A DNA stretch of 47,736 bases from a virus (taxonomy: Duplodnaviria; Heunggongvirae; Uroviricota; Caudoviricetes). Of the stretch, positions 1 through 9,333 are shown piece by piece. The stretch lies in IMG/VR virus record IMGVR_UViG_2778261460_000004; one strand, given 5' to 3'. Below the pieces are notes generated by a model. The model was not told the DNA's origin and did no database searches. It saw nothing but the letters and a program-made list of their open reading frames with translations. Position 1 is the stretch's first letter. Each line of letters opens with the position of its first letter. Made by a program: the position numbers and the translations under genes.

Positions 1-22
1 TAACTATTTGATAATTAATAAA

Positions 23-1318
23 TTAATTTTGCGCCACCTCGTTTTGGGGCATGGTTGGGGCAAACTCGCTTAGCTGTGTATTTAGCAGGGCTACCTGTGC
101 ATTATTGTTTTCAGACATCCATTTCCCGTATACCTGAAACACCATTTGCGCATCTGCATGTCCCATCTGGTTTGCTATGAATGCCGGGTTGGCACCGGCT
201 GTCAGCGACCAGCAGGCATAAGTATGTCTCGACTGATATGATTTGCGGTGGCGGAGTCCGGCACGTTTTATCGCTGCGTCCCACATCTGCCTTATTGAGT
301 CAACGGTAAAATGGTCACCATAATTTTTTACTCTCGCTGACACTTCAGGTTGAAAAACAAAGGTGCATTTTTGTTTTTCTGTTCTGCCGAACTCTCTGAG
401 GTGAACGTCAATAATATGTTCTTTGCTCAGCCTCGTTAGTGTCATCTGACTCCTGAGAGCGTCGATTGCAGGCTTGATAAGGTAAATTACCCGATTGGTA
501 CCAGCCTGTGTTTTCGGTACCGTAAAACGATCTTTTGCTAAATTTCTCCTGATCATCATTGTTCCATTTTTCAGATCTATGTCCTCCCACCCAAGCGCAC
601 ACAGTTCACCTGGGCGAATGCCTGTATAAACAGAAACACACCATAAATTTTTGGCCTGCTGATTTCTGCAGGCGTCGATAAGACGGATAAATTCCTCCCG
701 TGAAAGAGGATCAGGAATGGTTCTTGATTCCTTTAATGGCGAGATCCCCTTAAACGGATTATCTGCCAGGTAACCGTTATCAACACCAAACTGGAACACG
801 GCGTAAAGATTTGTCATGTAATTATTTACGGTGACAGCCGATCTCCCCGGTTGCGTAACAATATAATTACTTTTGGGGATCTGGTATCCAGTAAGTAACT
901 CTTTACGTACCGCCAGCAATTTTTCTTTATTAATCGACGAGGCAAGATTTTTTTCACCGATTATGCTCAGAATATTTTTGATGACGGCACGGTACGTGTT
1001 GAGTGACGTTTTTGCGACTTCCGTTTCTTTCAGTGCCAGAAATTTTTCAGCCAGTTCCTTTATGGTTAAATCTTGTCGGGCCTCACCAAATTTTTCCAGA
1101 TTGTGTGAGGAGGGAAACTGTTTTGCATAGTCGAAAACGCCGGTTTTTATTGCATAACAAACAGAGGCGCGCAGCTCACCTGCAATGCGCCTGTTTTTTG
1201 TCGTGTCAGGAACCCCCAGATTTTCCCTGACTCTTACACCTTTATAAACAAACCAGATACGTAATTTCCCTCCATGGTTTTCCACGCCTGTCGGATATTT
1301 CATTTTAGCTTCTCTCAT
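23..1318 (-). CDS. Tyrosine recombinase / phage integrase
   Basis: 431-aa ORF with C-terminal catalytic region (R...HxxR...Y, ending ...RHTYACWSLTAGANPAFIANQMGHADAQMVFQVYGKWM) typical of phage integrases; located at prophage end next to an excisionase. True start may be the internal Met (MKYPTGV...). My label-based reading suggested a 1-nt inconsistency near 1259-1261; track coordinates are used. Confidence 0.85.
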   Translation of the reverse strand: MREAKMKYPTGVENHGGKLRIWFVYKGVRVRENLGVPDTTKNRRIAGELRASVCYAIKTGVFDYAKQFPSSHNLEKFGEARQDLTIKELAEKFLALKETEVAKTSLNTYRAVIKNILSIIGEKNLASSINKEKLLAVRKELLTGYQIPKSNYIVTQPGRSAVTVNNYMTNLYAVFQFGVDNGYLADNPFKGISPLKESRTIPDPLSREEFIRLIDACRNQQAKNLWCVSVYTGIRPGELCALGWEDIDLKNGTMMIRRNLAKDRFTVPKTQAGTNRVIYLIKPAIDALRSQMTLTRLSKEHIIDVHLREFGRTEKQKCTFVFQPEVSARVKNYGDHFTVDSIRQMWDAAIKRAGLRHRKSYQSRHTYACWSLTAGANPAFIANQMGHADAQMVFQVYGKWMSENNNAQVALLNTQLSEFAPTMPQNEVAQN

Positions 1319-1337
1319 TGGTTAGTATTGTTTTTAG

Positions 1338-1589
1338 TCAAGTAAGATGACGTCTTGGTCTTGCTGATGCCTGACGTTCAATCCAGCGATCAATTTCTTC
1401 CAGGTTGTAAAAGCATGGGCTGTTATCCCATGGCATACCGTCATGGGCTACATGCTTATATTCCCTTCCTTCCATAAACGATTTTTCCCTGGCTTTTTTT
1501 AGCGTTCCCTTTTTTATTCCTTTCAGCGCAATTAGCTGTTCTTCGGATACCCATTTACCGGGAGAGACAATCATGATTACTTCGCTCAT
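1338..1589 (-). CDS. Excisionase-like protein (Xis)
   Basis: 83-aa basic protein immediately upstream of int on same strand; resembles Rac-type excisionase (recalled from memory). Confidence 0.7.
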   Translation of the reverse strand: MSEVIMIVSPGKWVSEEQLIALKGIKKGTLKKAREKSFMEGREYKHVAHDGMPWDNSPCFYNLEEIDRWIERQASARPRRHLT

Positions 1590-1658
1590 CGCTTTTATCT
1601 CTTACTTCAGATGAGCGCCGGTTGCAGAATACCAGTTACAACCGGCGATGGTTGAACA

Positions 1659-4139
1659 TTAAAAATCAGCCTGACTCGGGATCAGTTTTTGTATCGTAGC
1701 TGTAACGTATTTTGCCTGGTGACGGGCGTCATCCAGTGCATTGTGGCGCACGCCTTCGAATGGAATAACGGTTCTGGCATCAAAGTCGATTGTTTTTCCC
1801 AGCTCAACGATTGTGCGTACATCGCGATCGTTGTAGTAGCGCCACGGGCAGGGGATGTCCAGACGTTCGTATGAGGTGCGCAAAATTGCGTTATCGAAAG
1901 TCGCACCATTACCCCATACCTGAACGAATTTTTCATCTGAGTATTCGTTGATGAACTCCCGAAACTGCGAAAGGGCATCCTTCAGTTTTACCTGGTCTGT
2001 TAAAATGGCAGCTCTGGCTTCACTGGACTGCTTCAGCCACCATTCGATGGTTCCACCGTCAGGAACAGCCCCTGTATTCATTGCGTCAGTCAGACTGATA
2101 ACGATATAAAATACTGGCCCGATTTCCCCTGTTTGTGGGTCGAAGAAAACCGCACCAATAACCACGATGGGCGCATTGGTGTTGGTTCCCATTGTTTCAA
2201 GGTCGATCATCAGGTGGTACCACACTCTGCTGGTGGATGTGATAACGTGATGACCGTTCACCGCAATTAAGGAATCTGCCGTCTCGCCAGTTTCATTATC
2301 GCTGGCGTGGTCCTGAGCGCTGCCAGCATTCTCCTTGTGTGGATGTTCAGCGCCTTCCATTTCCTCCGGATCATTTTCCTGAACTTCAACCTGATTCTCT
2401 TCATCGAATGTTTCCTGGTATGTTGCGTCGCCCATCACCGCACCACAATCAGGGCAGTTGCCGCCACCGAGCTGACCGCAGGCGGTGCAGACTTTTTCCG
2501 CTTCCTGTTGCGCTACCGGTTCGGATTGTTTCGTTTCTGGTTCGTTTTGTAACGCATTTGGGCTGTTTTGTTCCGCTTTTGGGTCGTTCTGTTCCGATTC
2601 TTGCTGGTTCTGGTTCACAGAATCGCGGGTTTCAATCCCCTTCACCCATTTCGGATCATTCGGGTCGCTAATCCCTGCAACAAATTCTCCGCGAGAGGCA
2701 GCAAGCAACTTATCGGCGTCAGGCTGGCTGATATTGGCTGCCTGCATAATTTTGTTTACTTCGTCAGCGGTAACTTTTACCGGCTCCGGTTGTGCGGTCG
2801 TGTCAGATGCACCAGTATTTTGTTGTGAACCTGAGTATGTGCCGTTTTTGCGGGCAAAATATTCTTCTTTCGTGATTTCAGTAGCCCCTGCAGCCAGCGC
2901 CTTATTCAGACCAGAAAGTTTGTTTGCACGACCATATTTTTCGCCATCCTTATCGGTGAAAAGGAAGTAGAACGGCCCCTCACGCTCTACAGATGGTTCA
3001 GTTTCCAGCGTGCTTTCATTTTTTTGGGTATCAGATACTTCAGTTTCCACTGCATCAGTTTGTGCTGCTGACGGCTGGAGAATATCAGTAGTGTTCTGGT
3101 CTGTTTCTTCATCCTCAAACACGCCCTTTGTCGCCAGGTATTCAGTGATGTATTTGTTCAGTGCCACGGGATCTTTGTGAATGTCGATCGGACGCTCACG
3201 GACAAGGCCAAAAATAGTCTGACGGTCGTAGCGAACGGCATCGGGTTGTTTGCGCATTGATGCGGAAATGCGCTTCCAGTCTTCGCGATCTTTGTCGATA
3301 ACTTCATTTTTTGCCCAACGATGGATGCTGCCGTCAATGTTTCCGGCATTAATATCGCCAGGCCACAGAGCGTAGGCCAGTTCTTCATCCAGCGTTTTCC
3401 ATGTCTGCTTGTATTCGCGACGAATGGCGGTAGTGGCGGGGTTGATTTTTCCTGCTGAGTTTTCAGTGTGCTGCCGGTTGACTCTGGCGCGGGCAAGATC
3501 AACAACAGACGTGTATTTCCCGGTTTCTTTGCGTTCGGCTTCGCGACGTTTTTTCCAGGTGCGTAATTCTGTCTGGATCTCAGGCCATTTTGCGCCCGGC
3601 TTACATTTATGTTTAACCCACCCGATGGCGAACAGCTTTAGTTCTGAATACATGACGTTAACTTCAGGCATTTTCATCAGTGCCTCAACGATATGCCCGT
3701 CGAATGTTGCCATGTCCTCCTGCAACAATTCCTGTGCACTAATCACCATATCAACGGTGATGTTTTCACATGTACCGAACTTAACCAGGACCGCGTTCTG
3801 TACTTCAAGGGACAGCTTGTCAAAATTGACGTTCATCGGATCGGATTCTGGTTCGACCGGAACAAAGGAAGCGCCTTCCTCATCCCAGCGGTTTTCCAGC
3901 ATATATTCGGTATCCCAGGAGTCGATGGCAGGGCGGGGCATGCCGGGTTTATCCTCGCAGACAAGAAATTTATAAGCGCAGTCCTGAGCAGCCGGATATT
4001 GCTCCAGGAATTGCCAGGTAAATTTGGCACGGGCGCGGCGTTCGTCGCCGGCTTCAATGGCAGTGGCTACAGCGACTGCACCTTCTTCCTTTATTGCCTG
4101 TTCGTCCGGAATGGCGGCGCAAATAAAGACTTTACTCAT
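1659..4139 (-). CDS. Large prophage exonuclease with C-terminal DnaQ-like DEDDh 3'-5' exonuclease domain (exodeoxyribonuclease VIII-like / YdfE-like)
   Basis: 826 aa. C-terminal motifs LMIDLETMG (Exo I, D-x-E), [12 protein letters not shown] (Exo II) and [13 protein letters not shown] (Exo III, H-x4-D). Central Cys cluster [16 protein letters not shown] (zinc-ribbon-like) and Gln/Glu-rich low-complexity linker. No RecT/Bet partner seen. Confidence 0.7.
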   Translation of the reverse strand: MSKVFICAAIPDEQAIKEEGAVAVATAIEAGDERRARAKFTWQFLEQYPAAQDCAYKFLVCEDKPGMPRPAIDSWDTEYMLENRWDEEGASFVPVEPESDPMNVNFDKLSLEVQNAVLVKFGTCENITVDMVISAQELLQEDMATFDGHIVEALMKMPEVNVMYSELKLFAIGWVKHKCKPGAKWPEIQTELRTWKKRREAERKETGKYTSVVDLARARVNRQHTENSAGKINPATTAIRREYKQTWKTLDEELAYALWPGDINAGNIDGSIHRWAKNEVIDKDREDWKRISASMRKQPDAVRYDRQTIFGLVRERPIDIHKDPVALNKYITEYLATKGVFEDEETDQNTTDILQPSAAQTDAVETEVSDTQKNESTLETEPSVEREGPFYFLFTDKDGEKYGRANKLSGLNKALAAGATEITKEEYFARKNGTYSGSQQNTGASDTTAQPEPVKVTADEVNKIMQAANISQPDADKLLAASRGEFVAGISDPNDPKWVKGIETRDSVNQNQQESEQNDPKAEQNSPNALQNEPETKQSEPVAQQEAEKVCTACGQLGGGNCPDCGAVMGDATYQETFDEENQVEVQENDPEEMEGAEHPHKENAGSAQDHASDNETGETADSLIAVNGHHVITSTSRVWYHLMIDLETMGTNTNAPIVVIGAVFFDPQTGEIGPVFYIVISLTDAMNTGAVPDGGTIEWWLKQSSEARAAILTDQVKLKDALSQFREFINEYSDEKFVQVWGNGATFDNAILRTSYERLDIPCPWRYYNDRDVRTIVELGKTIDFDARTVIPFEGVRHNALDDARHQAKYVTATIQKLIPSQADF

Positions 4140-4219
4140 TTTGTTTTAACCTCATTACAGATTTAAGGGTGAACAAATCCCTGCCATTGCTGGCATATAA
4201 AAATGAAACCGGATATTAA

Positions 4220-4423
4220 TTACGGTGCTGTTTTAAGTCCTGCCGGGATTTCGTTATTGTCCATGTGAATAACTTTATCGACCGGATAGCAGTTACCGGG
4301 AATTTTTTGTTCCGCTGCGGCAGCCATGCATTCTTTCATTGAGTCATGTATGCCAATAACAAGATCGACTGGTTCGCCTGTATTAAGAAAAACTGTCAGA
4401 ACGAGTGCAAATGCTGTATTCAT
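4220..4423 (-). CDS. ydfD: YdfD-like small protein (reported lysis protein of Qin)
   Basis: 67-aa product from internal Met (MNTAFALVLTVFLNTGEPVDL...KIPGNCYPVDKVIH...), hydrophobic N-terminus; start overlaps dicB stop (ATGA); synteny dicF-dicB-ydfD as in Qin. Identity from memory, moderate. Confidence 0.55.
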   Translation of the reverse strand: MNTAFALVLTVFLNTGEPVDLVIGIHDSMKECMAAAAEQKIPGNCYPVDKVIHMDNNEIPAGLKTAP

Positions 4424-4608
4424 TGCCAGCGTCCTTTTTGCATCAGGCGTAAACGGGCCAGCATTGAAAGAATGCATATTTTATTTAATAACTCCCGTTC
4501 GTGTTTTCTCTTATTAATGGCATCTTCAGTAAATGCAGGGTTACTGATTCTGACACCAATTTCAAAACAACCTTCAGACGTATTGACGTTTGGTAATAAC
4601 GTTTCCAT
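4420..4608 (-). CDS. dicB: Cell division inhibitor DicB (MinC-activating)
   Basis: 62-aa product METLLPNVNTSEGCFEIGVRISNPAFTEDAINKRKHERELLNKICILSMLARLRLMQKGRWQ, near-identical to recalled K-12 DicB; directly downstream of the DicF sequence. Confidence 0.85.
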   Translation of the reverse strand: METLLPNVNTSEGCFEIGVRISNPAFTEDAINKRKHERELLNKICILSMLARLRLMQKGRWQ

Positions 4609-4777
4609 TATCGCGTCCTCAACAATGAATTTTGTGATGCGGTGCCTGGTGCCTCCAGGTGACGTTAACCAGTTAACAATTAACGCCGGATGCAGAGAAT
4701 CCACCCATAACACTGTTTTTGGTTTTAACTGTTCCGCGTGCGCTTAGCCGCATTCACCGCATCACAAAATTCACTTT

Positions 4778-4836
4778 AAAAAGGGCGGCAGAGCAGTCAC
4801 GAAGTAAAACTGATACCGCCAAACGTCACCAGAAAA
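4778..4836 (-). ncRNA. dicF: DicF small regulatory RNA (ftsZ-targeting sRNA) with 3' terminator-like hairpin
   Basis: Reverse complement of 4784-4836 reads TTTTCTGGTGACGTTTGGCGGTATCAGTTTTACTTCGTGACTGCTCTGCCGCCC followed by a T-run, matching the recalled 53-nt DicF with about 1 mismatch; position between ydfA-type genes and dicB matches the known dicB operon. Confidence 0.75.
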
Positions 4837-5171
4837 TTGATAACAGAGGGCGTTGCAGCGGGGTTGTCACTTAAGCGTATGGTCAACCTGACAACCCGGT
4901 GTCCTCAACGGGGAAGGGATAACCCCGCCATACTTACCGCCGCGCTATTTCGCGGATTGCCACAACCGGAAGCGCACGGTCGACGAAAATTTAACGACAG
5001 ACCATTTATGAACTAACAGCCTCGCCGTGCGCTTTCGCGTTATGCCCTGACTTTTCAGGGAAAATTAACCAGTGGTAAACTGGTGCTGCCGGATGCTCAC
5101 CCGTGTCCGGCGCACGCACTCCACCTAACCCGTGGAGAACTCCTTAATTACCAACCCATCAGGAGGGGGAA

Positions 5172-5393
5172 ATGACTAGTAAAAATGTAAATATCCAGTT
5201 TAACCATGATGTTTCTCCTGCTGGACTTGCGGATGAACTCACTGCTATAAAAACGGCAATTATGCTACTTGCGGCTAAGTTGCCAGCAGCATCACAACCA
5301 TCAGATATTTGTGACTCATTACGTAAGATGAATTCAACAAAATGCAACGAGATGGCATCACTTATTGAAATAGCTATTGATTTTAATGATTAA
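5172..5393 (+). CDS. Hypothetical 73-aa protein, oriented against the early-left operon
   Basis: ATG preceded by strong SD (AGGAGGGGGAAATG); convergent with and overlapping by 11 nt the 3' end of the 124-aa minus-strand gene; no recognisable motifs. Confidence 0.4.
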   Translation: MTSKNVNIQFNHDVSPAGLADELTAIKTAIMLLAAKLPAASQPSDICDSLRKMNSTKCNEMASLIEIAIDFND

Positions 5394-5757
5394 TCGAAAT
5401 CTCATGGCTAACTGTAACACTCCCGTCTGTGGCGGGATGCTTTAAATCACAGGAATTAATGCTTCTTGTTGCGAAGTAATTTTCAAGGGGGTTCATTCGA
5501 ATCCCTTTCTGTTTCATTAACAAGCCAAATCCCTTATCAATGATGTCCATTAATTCCAGGAAGTCTTTTTTATGTAAATCCTGGTTATCAGAGAGTTGCT
5601 TCTCTTCGTACAGTCCGATAAAGGCACGACGCACGTTACCGGATATATTATCGATGGTTTCTTTTTCTACGGTACTCAGGTCAAGAGTCGCCAATTGAGA
5701 ATGAACTATATTCGCTGCCATTTCCTGGAATGGCATTGGTAAATCTTTAAATTCCAT
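5383..5757 (-). CDS. Hypothetical 124-aa protein in dicB operon (position of ydfB/ydfC)
   Basis: Likely start at internal Met (MEFKDLPMPFQ...) with GAGG 6 nt upstream; 12 nt downstream of ydfA stop; no recognised family. Confidence 0.5.
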   Translation of the reverse strand: MEFKDLPMPFQEMAANIVHSQLATLDLSTVEKETIDNISGNVRRAFIGLYEEKQLSDNQDLHKKDFLELMDIIDKGFGLLMKQKGIRMNPLENYFATRSINSCDLKHPATDGSVTVSHEISINH

Positions 5758-5768
5758 CGTCAACCTCA

Positions 5769-5921
5769 TCAGTCAGTATTTCTGGCTAACCAGCGACGCG
5801 CGCCAGCTTCGGTTTTAAACGTTTTGCTTTTGGTATACGTCATCGCCGTGAACGTGCCGTCTTGGTTTGGAAACACGCCGTATACCAGAGACTCGTTGTT
5901 GCCAAGATCGATAGTATCCAT
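5769..5921 (-). CDS. ydfA: YdfA-like small protein (first gene of dicB operon)
   Basis: 50-aa product MDTIDLGNNESLVYGVFPNQDGTFTAMTYTKSKTFKTEAGARRWLARNTD matches recalled K-12 YdfA; track ORF extends upstream to 5999. Confidence 0.65.
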   Translation of the reverse strand: MDTIDLGNNESLVYGVFPNQDGTFTAMTYTKSKTFKTEAGARRWLARNTD

Positions 5922-6103
5922 GCTGACCTCATTTCCCCTTAACGCCGGGGTGGCGGAACAAAAACCTGCTGCATAGTTAAAGTTGAACCCTGCCGTCATG
6001 TTCTTACGCCTCGGGCTGGCTACTTAACCCCTGACCACTGCCTGGTAACTCGAAGTATTGCCCTGCATTCTGTGGGGCGGGGTGGGTTGGTATGAAAAGA
6101 AGG

Positions 6104-6141
6104 ATACCCATAGGTATTTAAAAAGTAAATACCCATGGGTA
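6104..6141. promoter_or_regulatory. Putative left operator sites (OL-like) between repressor gene and ydfA
   Basis: Two palindromes ATACCCATAGGTAT (6104-6117) and TACCCATGGGTA (6130-6141) flanked by A/T runs; share ATACCC-N3/4-GGT core with the sites in the divergent promoter region. Confidence 0.45.
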
Positions 6142-6183
6142 ACTTTTTGCGGTGTCTTAACTGGTGACTAGTTGTTTGGTGAG

Positions 6184-6603
6184 CTATGATGCGTTTTGTG
6201 CTTTCTTTTTACGGATTTCTTCGTAGATCATATTGTAATACTGTTTTTTCTCTTCAAGAGTTTTTAATAAGTTATCCGCTTCACTTTCTGGCAGTTCGTC
6301 TAAGAGATCTAAAAAAATACGTTGTCGTGGCGTTAGAACCCTTGTTTCATAACTGGAGGCTGTGTTCGTTGATGATGAAACGATACCATCCATCCATCCC
6401 CGGGGTAACCCAAAGGACTCTTCGATAATCTCCACCATATCATCAGCGATCCGTTTTTTTCCCTTTTTCCCCTCTGGGTACAACATTCTTGATACATAAG
6501 AAGGCTCGCGCCCGATCTTTCTGGCCACGTTAACCGCTTTACCATCGCATTTCTCATCACGAATTTTGATGAGTTGCTGTCGTCTAAATTCATATTTGTC
6601 CAT
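6184..6603 (-). CDS. Prophage repressor, DicA/RacR-family HTH protein (cI analogue)
   Basis: 139 aa; N-terminal HTH-like segment (GKAVNVARKIGREPSYVSRML); C-terminal LPESEADNLL motif reminiscent of DicA; divergent from Cro-like gene across an operator-rich intergenic region. Confidence 0.7.
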   Translation of the reverse strand: MDKYEFRRQQLIKIRDEKCDGKAVNVARKIGREPSYVSRMLYPEGKKGKKRIADDMVEIIEESFGLPRGWMDGIVSSSTNTASSYETRVLTPRQRIFLDLLDELPESEADNLLKTLEEKKQYYNMIYEEIRKKKAQNAS

Positions 6604-6631
6604 AGGTAAATAATAGATGCGATTACTGCAA

Positions 6632-6678
6632 GGTAAACAACCTGCGGGTATTGACTTTTGTTTACCTGCGGGTATTCT
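6632..6678. promoter_or_regulatory. Divergent promoter/operator region of the immunity switch (OR-like)
   Basis: 13-mer ACCTGCGGGTATT repeated at 6640-6652 and 6664-6676; inverted repeat GGTAAACA/TGTTTACC (6632-6639, 6658-6665); TTGACT hexamer at 6651-6656. Confidence 0.5.
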
Positions 6679-6703
6679 TTGCTGTGTTTACTAAGGAGTA
6701 GCT

Positions 6704-6985
6704 ATGGAAGAATTAAGAATATTTCTCAATTCTCTTTCGTCAGATGAACAGCGTATGTTTGCATGCGAGTGTGGTACCAGCATCGGTTATCTAAGAAAGG
6801 CATTGAGTAAAGGTCAAGTGTTAGGGGCATCGTTATGTGTCCTTATTGAGCGAGCCAGTAATGGTGAAGTTACACGTCAGCAACTAAGGCCTTTTGATTG
6901 GATGAATATTTGGCCCGAGCTGGAAGATACCAAAATGTTAACACAACCACTTTCTAGGAGCTTGATTCATGAAAATCAAGCATGA
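6704..6985 (+). CDS. Cro/YdaS-like HTH regulator
   Basis: 93 aa, first gene rightward of the repressor; SD AAGGAG 6 nt upstream of ATG; resembles Rac YdaS (from memory). Confidence 0.6.
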   Translation: MEELRIFLNSLSSDEQRMFACECGTSIGYLRKALSKGQVLGASLCVLIERASNGEVTRQQLRPFDWMNIWPELEDTKMLTQPLSRSLIHENQA

Positions 6986-7394
6986 ACACATCCGCATGGC
7001 GATGAATGCCTGGGCGCATCCGGACGGTGAAAAAGTTCCGGCAGCTGAAATAACCAGGGCTTATTTTGAACTGGGTATGACGTTCCCAGAACTGTATGAC
7101 GACAGCCATCCGGAAGCCCTGGCTCGCAATACCCAGAAAATTTTCCGCTGGGTAGAGAAAGACACCCCTGATGCAGTTGAAAAAATTCAGGCGTTGTTAC
7201 CAGCTATCGAAAAAGCAATGCCACCTCTGCTGGTGGCCCGAATGCGCAGCCATAGCTCAGCCTATTTTCGGGAACTAGTGGAGACGCGGGAACGACTGGT
7301 GAGAGACGCTGATGATTTTGTCGCAGTGGCGATCGCTGGTTTCAACCAGATGAATCGTGGTGGCCCTGCAGGAAATATTGTGGCTGTGCATTGA
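6969..7394 (+). CDS. YdaT-like (CII-like) protein
   Basis: 141 aa starting MKIKHEHIRMAMNAW..., overlapping Cro-like gene end; matches recalled Rac YdaT. Confidence 0.6.
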   Translation: MKIKHEHIRMAMNAWAHPDGEKVPAAEITRAYFELGMTFPELYDDSHPEALARNTQKIFRWVEKDTPDAVEKIQALLPAIEKAMPPLLVARMRSHSSAYFRELVETRERLVRDADDFVAVAIAGFNQMNRGGPAGNIVAVH

Positions 7395-7465
7395 CTCGCA
7401 ATATTCATACCGGATCACTTCCGGCAATTTGTGAGTAAAAAGATTCGGTATCAAAAGAGGTGAGT

Positions 7466-8536
7466 ATGGCTAACGCCTGGCTCAGATTATGGCATGACAT
7501 GCCAAATGACCCTAAGTGGCGAACAATTGCCAGGGTGTCAGGGCAGCCAATTGCAACAGTGATGGCAGTGTATATCCACCTCCTGGTGAGCGCGTCACGA
7601 AATGTCACGCGAGGTCACATTGATGTCACGACAGAAGATTTGGCAAGTGCGCTCGACGTGACAGAAGAGGTAATTGATTCAATTTTGCAGACGATGCAGG
7701 GGCGGGTACTTGATGGTGATTTAATCACTGGATGGGAAAAACGCCAGGTGCTTAAAGAGGACAACGGCAATATTTCGCAAACCGCAAAATCTCCTGCAGA
7801 GCGCAAGAGGGCGCAGCGAGAGAGGGAAAGAAAGCGGGAACAAAATGGCGATTGTCACGGCGCGTCACGAAATGTCACGCACATGTCACGACGAGTCACG
7901 ACAGATAAAGATACAGATAAAGATACAGATCAAGAAGATCAAAACACTATGGTCCATGGCGTAAAAAACGCCACGAACCAGGCAGGGGATGTTCAGACCG
8001 TCAATCTTGGTCAGCCAGCAGGCACGACACCGGAAGCCGATTCAGCGTATGCGCTGAAAGCCGATTCGGGCGCTGTGCAGCAGGTGATGACCGCAAGGGC
8101 GGAGCAATCACACCAACTGCAGCAGTCTGAAGCCGATTCCGCCATTCAGCGGGAAGCCGATCGGGTAGTCCCGGAAAACACCGGGCAGTCTGTGGGACGA
8201 GTGGATTATCCGGATGTGTTCGAACAGGTCTGGCGGGAGTACCCGTTGCGTGCTGGGGCAAACCCGAAGAAATCCGCTTTCAGTGCCTGGAAGGCCAGAT
8301 TACGCGAGGGGGTGCCACCAGAGGCCATGCTGGATGGCGTGAGGCGTTACGCAAGATACTTGGCGGCTACCGGGAAAACGGGAACGGAATTTGTTCAGCG
8401 AGCGACGACGTTTTTTGGACCGGACCGGAATTTTGAGAACCCCTGGTTGCTCCCGGTAAGCGGCACGAACAACCAGCGTTGTGTGAATCATATTTCTGAA
8501 CCGGATAACGAAATTCCGCCGGGCTTCAGGGGGTAA
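7466..8536 (+). CDS. Replication initiation protein (O-like / YdaU-like) containing the origin iterons
   Basis: About 356 aa from ATG at 7466 (track ORF from GTG 7460); SD AAAGAGGTGAG; two GTCACG iteron clusters lie inside the coding sequence and encode repeated peptides SASRNVTRGHIDVTT / GASRNVTHMSRRVTT. Confidence 0.6.
   Translation: MANAWLRLWHDMPNDPKWRTIARVSGQPIATVMAVYIHLLVSASRNVTRGHIDVTTEDLASALDVTEEVIDSILQTMQGRVLDGDLITGWEKRQVLKEDNGNISQTAKSPAERKRAQRERERKREQNGDCHGASRNVTHMSRRVTTDKDTDKDTDQEDQNTMVHGVKNATNQAGDVQTVNLGQPAGTTPEADSAYALKADSGAVQQVMTARAEQSHQLQQSEADSAIQREADRVVPENTGQSVGRVDYPDVFEQVWREYPLRAGANPKKSAFSAWKARLREGVPPEAMLDGVRRYARYLAATGKTGTEFVQRATTFFGPDRNFENPWLLPVSGTNNQRCVNHISEPDNEIPPGFRG
7588..7637. 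repeat. Iteron cluster 1 (GTCACG-type repeats), candidate ori element
   Basis: gagcgcgtcacgaaatgtcacgcgaggtcacattgatgtcacgacag: four or five (C/T)GTCAC(G/A) copies. Confidence 0.5.
7851..7945. repeat. Iteron cluster 2 plus GATAAAGATACA tandem repeat, candidate ori element
   Basis: attgtcacggcgcgtcacgaaatgtcacgcacatgtcacgacgagtcacgacag followed by gataaagatacagataaagatacagatcaagaagatcaaaac; 21-mer GCGCGTCACGAAATGTCACGC shared with cluster 1. Confidence 0.5.
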
Positions 8537-8576
8537 GTGTTAATTTCTGGTCATGAGGTAATTTTCAGGAGGGCTT

Positions 8577-8999
8577 GTGGCAAAAGTTTTTACACAAGAA
8601 GAGCGGGAAAAAATTAAAGGGCAGGTTCTTGAACTCGTACGCCAGAGTGGGCGCGAGACGTTACGACAACTGGAAGCTAAAACTGGGGCAACAAGATATC
8701 TGATGAGCGTTCTGGCCAGAGAGCTGGTTGCCAGTGGCGATGTATACAATTCTGGCTACGGGTTATTCCCGTCTGAACAGGCTCGGAAAGACTGGCAAAA
8801 TGCCCGCAAAAAATTATCGAGGGCAAAGCTGAAGAAACCGGTTGTGGTTGATCCGGACCTTATCTGGTCATTACCTGACGGAGAAATACGTCGCTACGAC
8901 AGTCGCCTAAACATAATCTGTCGCGAGTGCCGGAAGAGCGAAGTTATGCAGCGCATATTGTCGTTTTATCAGGGGGATGTTCGGTATTTATTGAAGTGA
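8577..8999 (+). CDS. Hypothetical 140-aa protein downstream of replication initiator
   Basis: GTG/ATG start after SD-like GGAGGG; C-terminal CRECRK motif; no helicase-loader (P/DnaC) features recognised. Confidence 0.4.
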   Translation: MAKVFTQEEREKIKGQVLELVRQSGRETLRQLEAKTGATRYLMSVLARELVASGDVYNSGYGLFPSEQARKDWQNARKKLSRAKLKKPVVVDPDLIWSLPDGEIRRYDSRLNIICRECRKSEVMQRILSFYQGDVRYLLK

Positions 9000-9072
9000 C
9001 GAGATTAAAGTGCATTAGTTCAGATGCAAATTGACATTTTGTGGCACAGGGTAGAGCTAGCGTGGTTGTCCG

Positions 9073-9092
9073 CTTTGTGCCAAGAGCAGACG
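9073..9092. repeat. Direct repeat copy 1 flanking transporter/DUF2254 module
   Basis: CTTTGTGCCAAGAGCAGACG; near-identical 20-mer at 12744-12763. Confidence 0.5.
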
Positions 9093-9333
9093 CTGGTAAT
9101 TCGTGCCTAATATACTTCACTTAACTTATATCCCAGCTTTGATACAGATCATACAAATTAAATGCCCCAGTAATTGGCAGGCTGAGTAACTTAAAACTCC
9201 TTAGAATATAGGATGATTTGTATCGGCACTCATTCCACCATGCATTCCGATTAATCCCGCATAGCCAGTTGAACTTTGCTACTCTGTGAGAGGTAGTACC
9301 TTCTATCCAGTGCGGATTTAATTAATGGAATAA

